The position numbers and the translations under genes were made by a program. Positions 20,741 to 30,240 of a stretch of DNA of 59,857 bases are shown one piece after another (position 1 is the first letter of the stretch; each line of letters opens with the position of its first letter). The stretch is from assembly GCA_023262965.1 (NCBI GenBank), contig JALQXX010000005.1, positions 1-59,857 of the forward strand. Direction: 5' to 3'. The notes below the pieces were generated by a model, which saw only the letters and a list, made by a program, of their open reading frames with translations, searched no databases and was not told the origin of the DNA. The DNA comes from Candidatus Marinamargulisbacteria bacterium. Lineage in GTDB: Bacteria > Margulisbacteria > Marinamargulisbacteria > UBA817.

Positions 20741-20783
20741 CTGAAGGATTACGGATGCATGATCGATAATCCTGGGGAGAGCT

Positions 20784-22016
20784 ATGTCTGCATTTTGGTA
20801 TAAATTTCGATATATCGATAAAAATGGAACAAAAAAAAGCGATACCCTTCGCGCACGCTCTATTCGGTCTGCCAAATATTACTTATTAAGTAAAAAATAC
20901 ACCATTACCCGTATTCGTCGAATGACGTCCCTTGAAATATACCTAATAAAATTCAATGAAACACCATTGTATCGACTCCTATTCAATCCCAAATTAACCC
21001 GCTATGAGGTCTATTGGCTCACCAAAGAATTGGCCAGCTTTCTGGAATCCGGACTTCCCTTGTTGGACGCCCTCATTGCGGTCAGAGGATTTAGCACCAA
21101 CAAACGGTACCAAAAAACCATTACAACGATTATTGATACGATTCAAATCGGAAAGCCGCTCTCCGCCGCCCTTGAAGCGTTTCCGAGTAGCTTTCCCCGT
21201 TACTATATTATTGCGGTAAAAAGCGGTGAAAAAATTGGTCGATTGGCCGAATCATTACGCTCCAACGCAGAAACCATTAACTGGGTCAATGTCAATCGGG
21301 GAAAAATTGTACAAGCCACGATATTTCCGATTATCAGTTTCATTATGATGGTCACATCATTTATTGTATCGCTACGTGTGTTGGTGCCCTATTTTATGAA
21401 AGTGCTGGGTCAAATGCGTGTGGAACCGCCCATGATTACCGCCAAAATGTTCCAGCTGAATGTGTTTTTAACCAAACATGGGGGCAGCATTTTAGTCGTT
21501 CTTAATGTCCTATTAATTGGCATTGCTGTGCTATCTTCCAACAAAAAGACCGGGTACTACATTGAGCGCGTTATTGTTAAATTGCCCATCTATGGCAGCC
21601 TTTATGTGTATTTTATGAGTACGTATTTATCCCAAATTCTGACCCTACTGATTAATCAACGGTATTCAATTTTGAACGCATTTTTATTATGCAAAGACCT
21701 CTTCAAAGGCCCCTTTTTCAATGCCGAAATGGCCATTATTTACGAAAAAATCAAAACCGGCTACAGCATTGGGCAATCCTTTGATGAATCAATTTTATTC
21801 CCCAAATTTATGGCCCAGCTCATTAAAGACGGGGAGCGCACCGGTACCCTCGACGATAAAATGAGTGCCATTGCGGATTTGTACAAAGCCCGATTGGAAA
21901 ACAAAGTGGAATGGGTGTTCAAAATGATATCCCCAGCCTACTTAGCCTTTACAATTGGGGTCACTGTATTTTTTATTTATGCGTTTTTTTGGCCCGTGTG
22001 GAATTTGTACTTTTAA
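20784..22016 (+). CDS. pilC: Type IV pilus/T2SS inner-membrane platform protein PilC/GspF
   Basis: LASFLESGLPLLDAL, GEKIGRL and GERTGTLD duplicated T2SSF domains with TM helices. Confidence 0.9.
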   Translation: MSAFWYKFRYIDKNGTKKSDTLRARSIRSAKYYLLSKKYTITRIRRMTSLEIYLIKFNETPLYRLLFNPKLTRYEVYWLTKELASFLESGLPLLDALIAVRGFSTNKRYQKTITTIIDTIQIGKPLSAALEAFPSSFPRYYIIAVKSGEKIGRLAESLRSNAETINWVNVNRGKIVQATIFPIISFIMMVTSFIVSLRVLVPYFMKVLGQMRVEPPMITAKMFQLNVFLTKHGGSILVVLNVLLIGIAVLSSNKKTGYYIERVIVKLPIYGSLYVYFMSTYLSQILTLLINQRYSILNAFLLCKDLFKGPFFNAEMAIIYEKIKTGYSIGQSFDESILFPKFMAQLIKDGERTGTLDDKMSAIADLYKARLENKVEWVFKMISPAYLAFTIGVTVFFIYAFFWPVWNLYF

Positions 22017-22651
22017 TCCATCCGGTATACAACAAAACCCAATTCCAACGTCATTGTAATGGATACCCCCGATTCTTGTAGCATAAAATGACGCACCGAA
22101 AAATCAATGGGCAGTCCAAATAAATTGGACAAAAATTGCCCCGTATCATTAAAGGATCCCGATGTGGTTAATGTAACCTTCGTAATCGAAAATACCGTCG
22201 ATAAACTGCTCAATCGCGACACCCCCAGCTGCTTCAGATGCGGCTCAAAATACCGCCGTTCCAGAATGGTGAAATCCAAATTGGGCACAACCGACGATGT
22301 GGTAATGAGCAAACCGGGGGGCTTGGACTGAACCAAAACAAATTGATTGATATAACGCACCGAATTGGTATAGAGCGTATAATAGTGCTGATAACGCTGC
22401 AATGATGCGTTTTTTTTATCCTCAACGGTATTTTGCAAGGCTGACACCTCTTTTTTCAGCCGATTCATGTCTCGCTCGGATCGATTGATTCCCCGACGCG
22501 CGTTTACAATATCCGCCTCCAATGGCTGTATAATCGCTTGGGCTATACCCCATTTGAGCACGGCCAACACAATAAACCCACTCACACCTGTTATGGCCAC
22601 CCGCACCCATGAATGTACCGCCAGTGGGCCAATACGCCATTTATTGATCAA
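22013..22651 (-). CDS. PilO-like alignment protein
   Basis: One TM helix, a coiled coil and C-terminal SGSFNDTGQFLSNL; follows the PilMN-like gene. Likely TTG start at 22651. Confidence 0.6.
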   Translation of the reverse strand: MINKWRIGPLAVHSWVRVAITGVSGFIVLAVLKWGIAQAIIQPLEADIVNARRGINRSERDMNRLKKEVSALQNTVEDKKNASLQRYQHYYTLYTNSVRYINQFVLVQSKPPGLLITTSSVVPNLDFTILERRYFEPHLKQLGVSRLSSLSTVFSITKVTLTTSGSFNDTGQFLSNLFGLPIDFSVRHFMLQESGVSITMTLELGFVVYRMD

Positions 22652-24086
22652 CTTTAGCCTCAATACGAAAGGTGGATGTGTCCACAGCTCCCGACAATCC
22701 CAGTGAATACCGCACCCCACCAACGCCCTTTAAAGATTCAAATTTCTGCAAAAAAAGATAGAAGGAATAATTCCCACTTAAAGCGCTCGCCGTCCCCTGT
22801 ATGGTCAATTGATTGCCCCTAAGCGACATCAATGTAAACCGAATATCGGGGGTGGTAATCGAAATGAGGTTATATAAAAATGAATCCAAATGCAGCTGTC
22901 CTGCCAACGCTGAACCGGTTATATCCGAAAATTCCATAATTTTCTTTTGTTCAGAAATGCGATTGCGCTCCTCAATTAACTGCTGCTGTTTTTCAGCCGT
23001 TTCAGAGGAAGACGCCGAATCGCGTGTTAATTCTCGGTAATCACTACGCAACTGCCAATATTTCAGGCCGTACTGCCCAATGGTCCACACGGCAATGACC
23101 AAAATCCCGCCCAATAGGGCCCGAAATACCAGCCATTCCAATCGTTTCATGAAGGGGATCATATTAAAGGTATCGCGATATTGGGTCGATGCCATGCATC
23201 CCACGCGATACAGCGCCATGCTATCGGTGTCGGTTGTCCATTTGCCTGGCACAAGTGCTAATGGCGCGATTTGAACCGCAAACCGTTCCGGCAACACCAC
23301 CTCATGCGGGGTATCCGACATCCATAAAACATGCGTAATCGGCTGCGTATTATGACTCGAGTAGGTCTCCAATACCGATGCAATAAAGGTGTTCACCGGG
23401 TGATTCACCGCATCCTTTTCTGCCAATTGTCGCAGTGGCAACGCCACCTGACGATACGCCTTTAACGCCCCATTATAGCGAACAAAGGCCTTGGCTTGTG
23501 TTTTGGAAATGTCGACAATCAATTCAGGGGTTTGCAAATCCATGGCCACGCAATCATACCGTAACAATGATGTTAACGCGTGATACCGATTCATCAATCG
23601 TCGCAACACCCATCCCTGTTGATTAACAACCGATTCAATAGACCCCAAAAATGTCTTTTTGATTAGAAAAAACAGAAAAGGCGTTACTTTACTGGATTCT
23701 TTCGGAGCGATTGAAACGGTATATTCGTAATCAGCCATATCCTCAATATCAATAGCCAATGTCTCGTACAATCGCTTTTGTTGGTGGGGATTCAGTGTCA
23801 GACGCTGGGTTGTGATATACACATCGTCCACCATACAAATCACCTGATGTTTCGCTTTTTGCTTGGGCAACATGGGCTTCAATTCGGCCAACACCTGCGC
23901 CAGTGTTTTAATAACGGCATCGTCAACCGACTGAACAACGTCATGCACGACTGTCAATATCCCATTGGTTTGAACCACATACTGCGCCAATACAGTTTGG
24001 GGGCTAATCACTAAAAATACATAGGATTTTTCTTTAAAAAATCCCGTGGTGTTAATATTCAATAAGGGCATTTTGAATCGAGCCAT
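22641..24086 (-). CDS. PilM-PilN-like fusion (GspL-like architecture)
   Basis: Cytoplasmic N-domain, FNMIP linker, TM helix, coiled coil, then PilN-like LISITTPDIRFTLMSLRGNQLTIQGTA. Confidence 0.6.
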   Translation of the reverse strand: MARFKMPLLNINTTGFFKEKSYVFLVISPQTVLAQYVVQTNGILTVVHDVVQSVDDAVIKTLAQVLAELKPMLPKQKAKHQVICMVDDVYITTQRLTLNPHQQKRLYETLAIDIEDMADYEYTVSIAPKESSKVTPFLFFLIKKTFLGSIESVVNQQGWVLRRLMNRYHALTSLLRYDCVAMDLQTPELIVDISKTQAKAFVRYNGALKAYRQVALPLRQLAEKDAVNHPVNTFIASVLETYSSHNTQPITHVLWMSDTPHEVVLPERFAVQIAPLALVPGKWTTDTDSMALYRVGCMASTQYRDTFNMIPFMKRLEWLVFRALLGGILVIAVWTIGQYGLKYWQLRSDYRELTRDSASSSETAEKQQQLIEERNRISEQKKIMEFSDITGSALAGQLHLDSFLYNLISITTPDIRFTLMSLRGNQLTIQGTASALSGNYSFYLFLQKFESLKGVGGVRYSLGLSGAVDTSTFRIEAKVDQ

Positions 24087-24729
24087 CTGAATACGTAAAG
24101 TATAAACTGATAACCCCCGCTTCCGAAAGGGCTGAAAAATAGACCGTCATTGTTGCCATTGTTAACGGGTATGGTGAGGGCAATTGCAAGGGGGCTCGTA
24201 TAGGCACATTCGGGGTTATTCGCCACTCTTCCCCAGTGGCATCCAGCAATGCGTAGGCAATCACTCGATCGGTCGATTGAAACGGATACGTTAGCGCACG
24301 TAATCCGACCAGTTGGGTACCGGCTGCATTCAATTGAATCCCCTGAACCATTGCGCCACTCACCCATGCCGATGAAACGTCGATCTGGGTTTGAAATGCG
24401 TCGTTTATGGCCCGCTGCACATTAAGGGTCGTTATGCGATCATTTACAGTATTTTGAATCGAAAACAGGACCGATTGATCGGGCAATACCGTATTTGAAA
24501 CCGTGTACCGGTCTTGTAACGCATCGGGTAACGATAGGGTTGATTCATTGGTGTGGATCGTATGCCCAATAATGTTGTGAAGGCTCCATTGATCCATAAT
24601 TTCTTGCCGCATCCGCTGATTGGCGTACTGAGCCTTCAGCGAACGGGCTCCCAACATATGCAATACCGTAACCGCTGCAATAATAAAAAACAAAATCCCC
24701 GATGTCAGTAATAAAATATAGCCTTTCAT
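24052..24729 (-). CDS. PilX-like minor pilin
   Basis: MKG|YILLLTSGILFFII from ATG 24729; no Glu5. Confidence 0.55.
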   Translation of the reverse strand: MKGYILLLTSGILFFIIAAVTVLHMLGARSLKAQYANQRMRQEIMDQWSLHNIIGHTIHTNESTLSLPDALQDRYTVSNTVLPDQSVLFSIQNTVNDRITTLNVQRAINDAFQTQIDVSSAWVSGAMVQGIQLNAAGTQLVGLRALTYPFQSTDRVIAYALLDATGEEWRITPNVPIRAPLQLPSPYPLTMATMTVYFSALSEAGVISLYFTYSDGSIQNALIEY

Positions 24730-24731
24730 GA

Positions 24732-25223
24732 TCAATAGTACCCCAATTGGATCACCGAATTTCGACACAACATGACCATCTGAACCGGATCCCCCATTAA
24801 CGAAGACTGCCATTGAAGCGTAATCAACTCAATCGCACTTTCTTGGGATTCGGGCTGCATGTACCGATTCCAATACAAAAACTCGGGCGATACAGCAGGA
24901 TCCACATACCGGTACATAACCGCAGTTAGTGGCGCATCCACACGACTTAATTTGAGTGAATCATCTTCAAAAAACACGTGAAATGAGTTATTTCCCACAG
25001 CATACGTAAACGATTGCATGTCTGCGGTTAGTGGCTGGCAGGGCTCAAATGCCACAGTATTGAGCTTATTGGCCACCCCATTGGCCTCGTTCAACGCCGC
25101 CATTTTAACCAACAACTTCGAAAAATGGTCCATATAGGTGCCGGGATTAATCACCACAATAAAAATAATAACCAATGCGGTTACCAAAAGAATTTCAAGT
25201 AGCGAGTATCCCGCATATTTCAT
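24732..25223 (-). CDS. Prepilin-type minor pilin
   Basis: MKYAG|YSLLEILLV canonical cleavage/methylation motif from ATG 25223. Confidence 0.75.
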   Translation of the reverse strand: MKYAGYSLLEILLVTALVIIFIVVINPGTYMDHFSKLLVKMAALNEANGVANKLNTVAFEPCQPLTADMQSFTYAVGNNSFHVFFEDDSLKLSRVDAPLTAVMYRYVDPAVSPEFLYWNRYMQPESQESAIELITLQWQSSLMGDPVQMVMLCRNSVIQLGYY

Positions 25224-26389
25224 TGGAAATCCATGATATGCGGGGTAATAAAACGAATCCAACGCGCCTGATACCGTAGAGGAATCGGCGTATTGATTAC
25301 AAAGGGCATGAGCAGAGTCATCTGATCATCATACCCGATACCCGCCGCCGTATTCAAAAATTGATCATAGCGGGTTATGGGGGGACTTACCGGATGCACT
25401 TGGCGGGCCGATCCTGCTGGCGGTGGTGATCGCCACTGATTCGCCCATGTTTGAAAGGCGCCATCGATCATGTGATGGGCAAACTCCGTATGCAACCGAT
25501 CCCTATCCGATAAGGTGAATTCGGGATGAGCCGTTAGCAACCATTGCTGTTCTGCCGCGGTATAGAACAATACATACTGCAACAGATTAAAAAAAACGGC
25601 CGTATCCTGAATCAGTGGTGTGGCTTGATCAAAATCCCCCCGCTTCATGTAGTAAAACGCTTGCAATGATGGACTCACATCCGTCAATTCGGGGGGAGTC
25701 GCGCTTCGATTCGACCATAGGTGCATCATGACAGCCATTTCGGGATTTTGGCCATCGTTTTGAGATGCCCATTGAATGTTCCAAAAATCGCTAAACGATT
25801 CGAATAGTCCCGGATACAATTGATGCAAATAATATAAAAAAACCCAGCGATCAAAAGTGGACCAGTACGGGTATGTCATTTGAGGATACTGTCCCACATA
25901 ACGCAATCGATCGGCTGTGTGGGGACGTAGCTGCTGGGCCACACTCATGCGCTCGGAATCCCGCCATTGCTCCATAACATGTTGCAATGAACGCCGAATA
26001 TAATTGGGGATATCCGCGTAGTACAAATACTGAACCATGCCCATTTGTTGAGATCGAGGCAAGGTCATGGATTGCGTGATGATCATGAGTAATAAATCCC
26101 ATCGCTTATGGCTCTGGGTGTAATCCAGTAGTAACGGATGAACGGATCCGTGCCGCAACCCCACATACACATACGCCAAGGCCACATCGGTATCCAACTG
26201 GGTATAATCCCTTACCAAAATTGGGTCAAATTGAGGGGTACACGCGGCGGCATCGGCGCCATAGTCGCGAATCAATACCGGCATGACCCCCCCATAAGCC
26301 ATCTGCTCCTGTTTCATAAAATCGCAATCCATCGCCCCCCAAATATGGTTTACCAAAACACCCAATACCAGTACACCATACCGTATCAT
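25220..26389 (-). CDS. Hypothetical exported, mostly helical protein
   Basis: 389-aa ORF coupled to both neighbours; signal-peptide-like start; no recognised motif. Confidence 0.6.
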   Translation of the reverse strand: MIRYGVLVLGVLVNHIWGAMDCDFMKQEQMAYGGVMPVLIRDYGADAAACTPQFDPILVRDYTQLDTDVALAYVYVGLRHGSVHPLLLDYTQSHKRWDLLLMIITQSMTLPRSQQMGMVQYLYYADIPNYIRRSLQHVMEQWRDSERMSVAQQLRPHTADRLRYVGQYPQMTYPYWSTFDRWVFLYYLHQLYPGLFESFSDFWNIQWASQNDGQNPEMAVMMHLWSNRSATPPELTDVSPSLQAFYYMKRGDFDQATPLIQDTAVFFNLLQYVLFYTAAEQQWLLTAHPEFTLSDRDRLHTEFAHHMIDGAFQTWANQWRSPPPAGSARQVHPVSPPITRYDQFLNTAAGIGYDDQMTLLMPFVINTPIPLRYQARWIRFITPHIMDFQ

Positions 26390-27966
26390 ACAGTTATGGA
26401 AAATTGCCTTCCGCGACCAAACGCCGAGGCGGTCAGCTTAATAATCGGGGCCGCTTGATACCGTTTAAATTCCGATTGCCGGTAGCGCTGTATCACCGCG
26501 TCCACAACGATTTTTCCATAGTCACGGGCCACGTCCTCTTCCGATGTATTTTTCATTAAGAAGGCCTTTAAAATACCATCCAATACCGCGTATTCGGGTA
26601 AGGTATCGGTATCCCGTTGATGGGGGGCCAATTCTGCAGAAGGCGGGCGCGTGATAATACGATCCGGAATCCAATTGTAACGTTGCCCCAGCCAATCCAC
26701 CAATGCGTACACATCGGTTTTAAATAAATCCCCAATAAGGTTCAAGCCCCCGCACATATCGCCATACAATGTAGCATACCCCTGGGCCAATTCACTTTTA
26801 TTCCCCGTTGTCAGTAACAGTGCTGATTCATGGTTGGCCAATGCCATAAGCAAGAGCCCCCGCAGACGGGCCTGTGTATTTTGATGGGCAATGGTACTAC
26901 CGGTTGGCGACCAATCCAACGCGGTTGCGACCGCATCTTTAAGCGTATCAATAGGGATGACACGAACATGACACCCCATGCGTTGGGCCATATCCTTGGC
27001 ATCGGCCATGGTTTCGGGGCTATTGTATTCGGTCGGCATAATAACCGTGGTTACCTGTTCGGGACCCAACGCCGCCACCGCAATAGCCGCAACCAATGCC
27101 GAATCAATCCCCCCAGACAATCCCAAAATCACCCGACTAAACCCCGCCTGGCGACAATATTCGCGCAAACCAAATTGCAGCGCCTCCCACACGGTGTCCC
27201 ACACAGACAGCGGCGATGGTGTATTCAAATCATCGGCAAAAGCGGTAGCTTCTTGAAAAGCCGGCATCGCTCCTTTCACGGCTCCTGAAGCGGTCATAAC
27301 CACGCTACGCCCATCAAATAACAGATCCGTAAATCCCCCCACATGATTCACACTCACCACCGGGCATGCGGCGATTTCGGTTACACGCTGCAAATGGCGC
27401 AGCCGCTCCCCGTATTTATCGATGGTAAACGGCGATGCGGCTATATGAATCACCCCATCCAACGGGCGATTACGCAAATCGAGCACAGGATCCTCCGCAT
27501 AATGGCCTACGGTATACGCCCATATATCTTCGCAAATGAGGACGCCCAACCGACGGCCCTGCCAATCAAAGTACGGCGGGGTTTGGCCCGGGGAAAAATA
27601 CCGCGACTCATTAAACACGTCATCATTGGGCAAACAGTGCTTGGCATACCGATACACCAAGGCGCCATTCGCGGCCGCTACCGCCCCATTGTACCAACGC
27701 CTGCCATCATAATACGGTATCCCCGCCACCAACAGTCCCGCTGCGTAGCGACTCATGTGAATCAGGTCATCATAGGCCGCCATCACGCGTTTCTGACACA
27801 TGGCTTCCATAAATTGATCGGTAATGGGATACCCCCACACAAACAATTCGGGAAACACCACCACATCGGCCCTCACACCCTTCAGAACATCCCGAATCGT
27901 TTGCATATTGGCCGCAATATCCCCCAAACGGGATCGTTTTTGACACAAATACACCGACATGTTCAC
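26386..27966 (-). CDS. nadE: Glutamine-dependent NAD+ synthetase
   Basis: Nitrilase domain (FPE, K, ICEDIW) plus GLSGGIDS, TGNKSE and SAEL. Confidence 0.95.
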   Translation of the reverse strand: MNMSVYLCQKRSRLGDIAANMQTIRDVLKGVRADVVVFPELFVWGYPITDQFMEAMCQKRVMAAYDDLIHMSRYAAGLLVAGIPYYDGRRWYNGAVAAANGALVYRYAKHCLPNDDVFNESRYFSPGQTPPYFDWQGRRLGVLICEDIWAYTVGHYAEDPVLDLRNRPLDGVIHIAASPFTIDKYGERLRHLQRVTEIAACPVVSVNHVGGFTDLLFDGRSVVMTASGAVKGAMPAFQEATAFADDLNTPSPLSVWDTVWEALQFGLREYCRQAGFSRVILGLSGGIDSALVAAIAVAALGPEQVTTVIMPTEYNSPETMADAKDMAQRMGCHVRVIPIDTLKDAVATALDWSPTGSTIAHQNTQARLRGLLLMALANHESALLLTTGNKSELAQGYATLYGDMCGGLNLIGDLFKTDVYALVDWLGQRYNWIPDRIITRPPSAELAPHQRDTDTLPEYAVLDGILKAFLMKNTSEEDVARDYGKIVVDAVIQRYRQSEFKRYQAAPIIKLTASAFGRGRQFSITV

Positions 27967-27979
27967 AACAATCTCCGTT

Positions 27980-28528
27980 TTATTCCGCTGGAAACGGTTC
28001 CGCTTTCACCAAATCCTCTCCCATAACTTCAAAAAAGACCGTATTCACCCGCAAATCCATTGGCACATCCAAATGCCGCGCCACCACATTGGGCTGAATA
28101 GGCACCTGACGATGCCCCCGATCATACAATACAGAAAAATGCACTTTTTCGGGACGCCCGTAATCAAAAATGGCATTCAATGCCGCTCGCACTGTTCGTG
28201 CCGTGCACAGAACATCATCAAATAAAACCACATGCTTGCCATCTACCCCAACCGTTTGAATCGCGGATTCCACCGTTAAATAGGTTTTTTTGGATCGTGC
28301 ATGATCATCCCGATACAGCGTCACATCCAATGCCATCACCGCATCTGGAATTACAAATTGACGCTTTGCTAATGCTGCACGTACCCGTTTGGCCAAAAAT
28401 ACCCCATTGGTTAAAATCCCTACAAACACAACATCCTTCGGCGGCGTGTGACGGACGATATCGTACACATCATTGGCTACCCGCTGAATATCCATAGCCA
28501 CATCATCCGCATCAAATAATACCGTCAT
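27980..28528 (-). CDS. pyrR: PyrR pyrimidine regulator/uracil phosphoribosyltransferase
   Basis: LDVTLYRDD, DDVLCTARTVRAA and DRGHRQVPI motifs. Confidence 0.9.
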   Translation of the reverse strand: MTVLFDADDVAMDIQRVANDVYDIVRHTPPKDVVFVGILTNGVFLAKRVRAALAKRQFVIPDAVMALDVTLYRDDHARSKKTYLTVESAIQTVGVDGKHVVLFDDVLCTARTVRAALNAIFDYGRPEKVHFSVLYDRGHRQVPIQPNVVARHLDVPMDLRVNTVFFEVMGEDLVKAEPFPAE

Positions 28529-29115
28529 TACAGTGTACCTTTGGTTGATGGAACCCCATTCCGTCGTGGGTCACGTTGAGTGGCACGATCCAACAGTACC
28601 CCAAACCCCTTAAACAACGCCTCAATAACATGATGCGCATTGCCTTTATACGGCCAGTCCACATACAGATTCATCCCCGCATGGTTCACAACCGATCGAA
28701 AAAACTCCGCTACCAATTCCGTATCAAACGTACCAATACTCTGAGGCATTATCGATGCCATCTGTAAATACGGGCGCCCCCCCATATCCATTGCAATCAC
28801 ACACAGTGAGTCATCCATGGGAAAAGACCCCGATGCGTATCGGTATATACCGGCCCCATCCCCTACTGTCTGACGAATGGCTTGGCCCAAGCAAATACCC
28901 ACATCTTCAACGGTATGGTGGCCATCAACATGCAAATCCCCCGCAACGGTCACCGTTAAATTAAATAAGCCATGTGCAGCAAACAACGTCAGCATGTGGT
29001 CAAAAAACCCAATGCCTGTTTGTATATGGGACGCTCCTGTACCATCCAAGTCAAACGCCATGGTAATGGCTGTCTCGGTTGTTTTTCGCTCGATTGTGAT
29101 TGATCGTTTTTTCAT
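28528..29115 (-). CDS. hisB: Imidazoleglycerol-phosphate dehydratase
   Basis: TGIGFFDHML, DGHHTVED, NAHHVIEALFK and PSTKG motifs. Confidence 0.97.
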   Translation of the reverse strand: MKKRSITIERKTTETAITMAFDLDGTGASHIQTGIGFFDHMLTLFAAHGLFNLTVTVAGDLHVDGHHTVEDVGICLGQAIRQTVGDGAGIYRYASGSFPMDDSLCVIAMDMGGRPYLQMASIMPQSIGTFDTELVAEFFRSVVNHAGMNLYVDWPYKGNAHHVIEALFKGFGVLLDRATQRDPRRNGVPSTKGTL

Positions 29116-29124
29116 AATTACCTC

Positions 29125-30162
29125 CTAAAACAATGTGTCTTGATGATGGGTTGGCACAGCTGACAACGGGGGAACGACCCCCAAATAGTCATACGCCAAT
29201 GCCGTCGCTACCCGGCCTTTTGCGGTTCGATCCAAAAATCCTTTTTGCAGCAAATACGGTTCAATAACATCCTCCAGGGTTTCCGCCTCTTCGGACATGC
29301 TCGCGGCTAACGTATCCACCCCTACCGGTCCCCCCGAAAATTTGCGAATCAGGGTATCCATATACAGCCGATCGTTTTGATCAAAACCCGTCACATCAAT
29401 GCCCAAGGCCTTTAAGGATTCCGTCACCACCGACACCGATATCCGTCCATCCGAATGCACCTGTGACCAATCCCGAATACGCTTGAGAATGCGATTGGAA
29501 ATCCGTGGCGTGCCTCGGGACGACTGCGCAATCATAATCGCCGCATCGGCATCAATGGGACTGTCCAACAACATGGCTGATCGACGCACAATGTGGGATA
29601 ACTCTTCGGGGGTATAGTAGTCAAATTTTTCGATAATCCCAAATCGATCCCGAAGGGGGGCACTCAAAGACCCAACACGGGTTGTGGCCCCCACCAAGGT
29701 AAACGCATCAATATCCAATCGAATGGATCGGGCGGCCGGGCCTTTCCCAATAATAATATCGAGTGCAAAATCCTCCATAGCGGGGTAAAGCACTTCTTCT
29801 ACAGCCCGATTTAACCGATGAATTTCGTCAATAAACAAAATATCCCCTTTTTTTAGATTGGTTAAAATAGCGGCCAAATCCCCGGGGCGTTCAATCGCGG
29901 GGCCGGATGTAATTTTAATATGCCCCTCCATCTCAATGGAGATGATCGTTGCTAAGGAAGTTTTTCCCAGCCCTGGCGGGCCATAAAACAGGGTGTGCTC
30001 TAAGGATTCGTTTCGATTTTTAGCCGCCTGAATAAACACCGACAAATTGCGCCGCAGATTCGCCTGTCCAATAAAGTCGTCCAACCGCTTGGGCCGAAGT
30101 GAAAACTCTTTGTCATCCTCAACATGTTCGTTTGGGTCATAAAACCGTGTTTCTTCAATCAT
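29125..30162 (-). CDS. ruvB: Holliday junction helicase RuvB
   Basis: [18 protein letters not shown] and GTPRI motifs. Confidence 0.98.
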   Translation of the reverse strand: MIEETRFYDPNEHVEDDKEFSLRPKRLDDFIGQANLRRNLSVFIQAAKNRNESLEHTLFYGPPGLGKTSLATIISIEMEGHIKITSGPAIERPGDLAAILTNLKKGDILFIDEIHRLNRAVEEVLYPAMEDFALDIIIGKGPAARSIRLDIDAFTLVGATTRVGSLSAPLRDRFGIIEKFDYYTPEELSHIVRRSAMLLDSPIDADAAIMIAQSSRGTPRISNRILKRIRDWSQVHSDGRISVSVVTESLKALGIDVTGFDQNDRLYMDTLIRKFSGGPVGVDTLAASMSEEAETLEDVIEPYLLQKGFLDRTAKGRVATALAYDYLGVVPPLSAVPTHHQDTLF

Positions 30163-30240
30163 TTGTTATGATTAACCATACCATATGTTGTGGTTATTTC
30201 GCATACAATTTTTGGACAGGCTTACAAATCAATGAATTTA

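Noticed and set aside
27343-28026. 227-aa plus-strand ORF and many other short antisense or nested ORFs in the track
   Set aside because: Shadow frames of well-supported genes, with no motifs or RBS.
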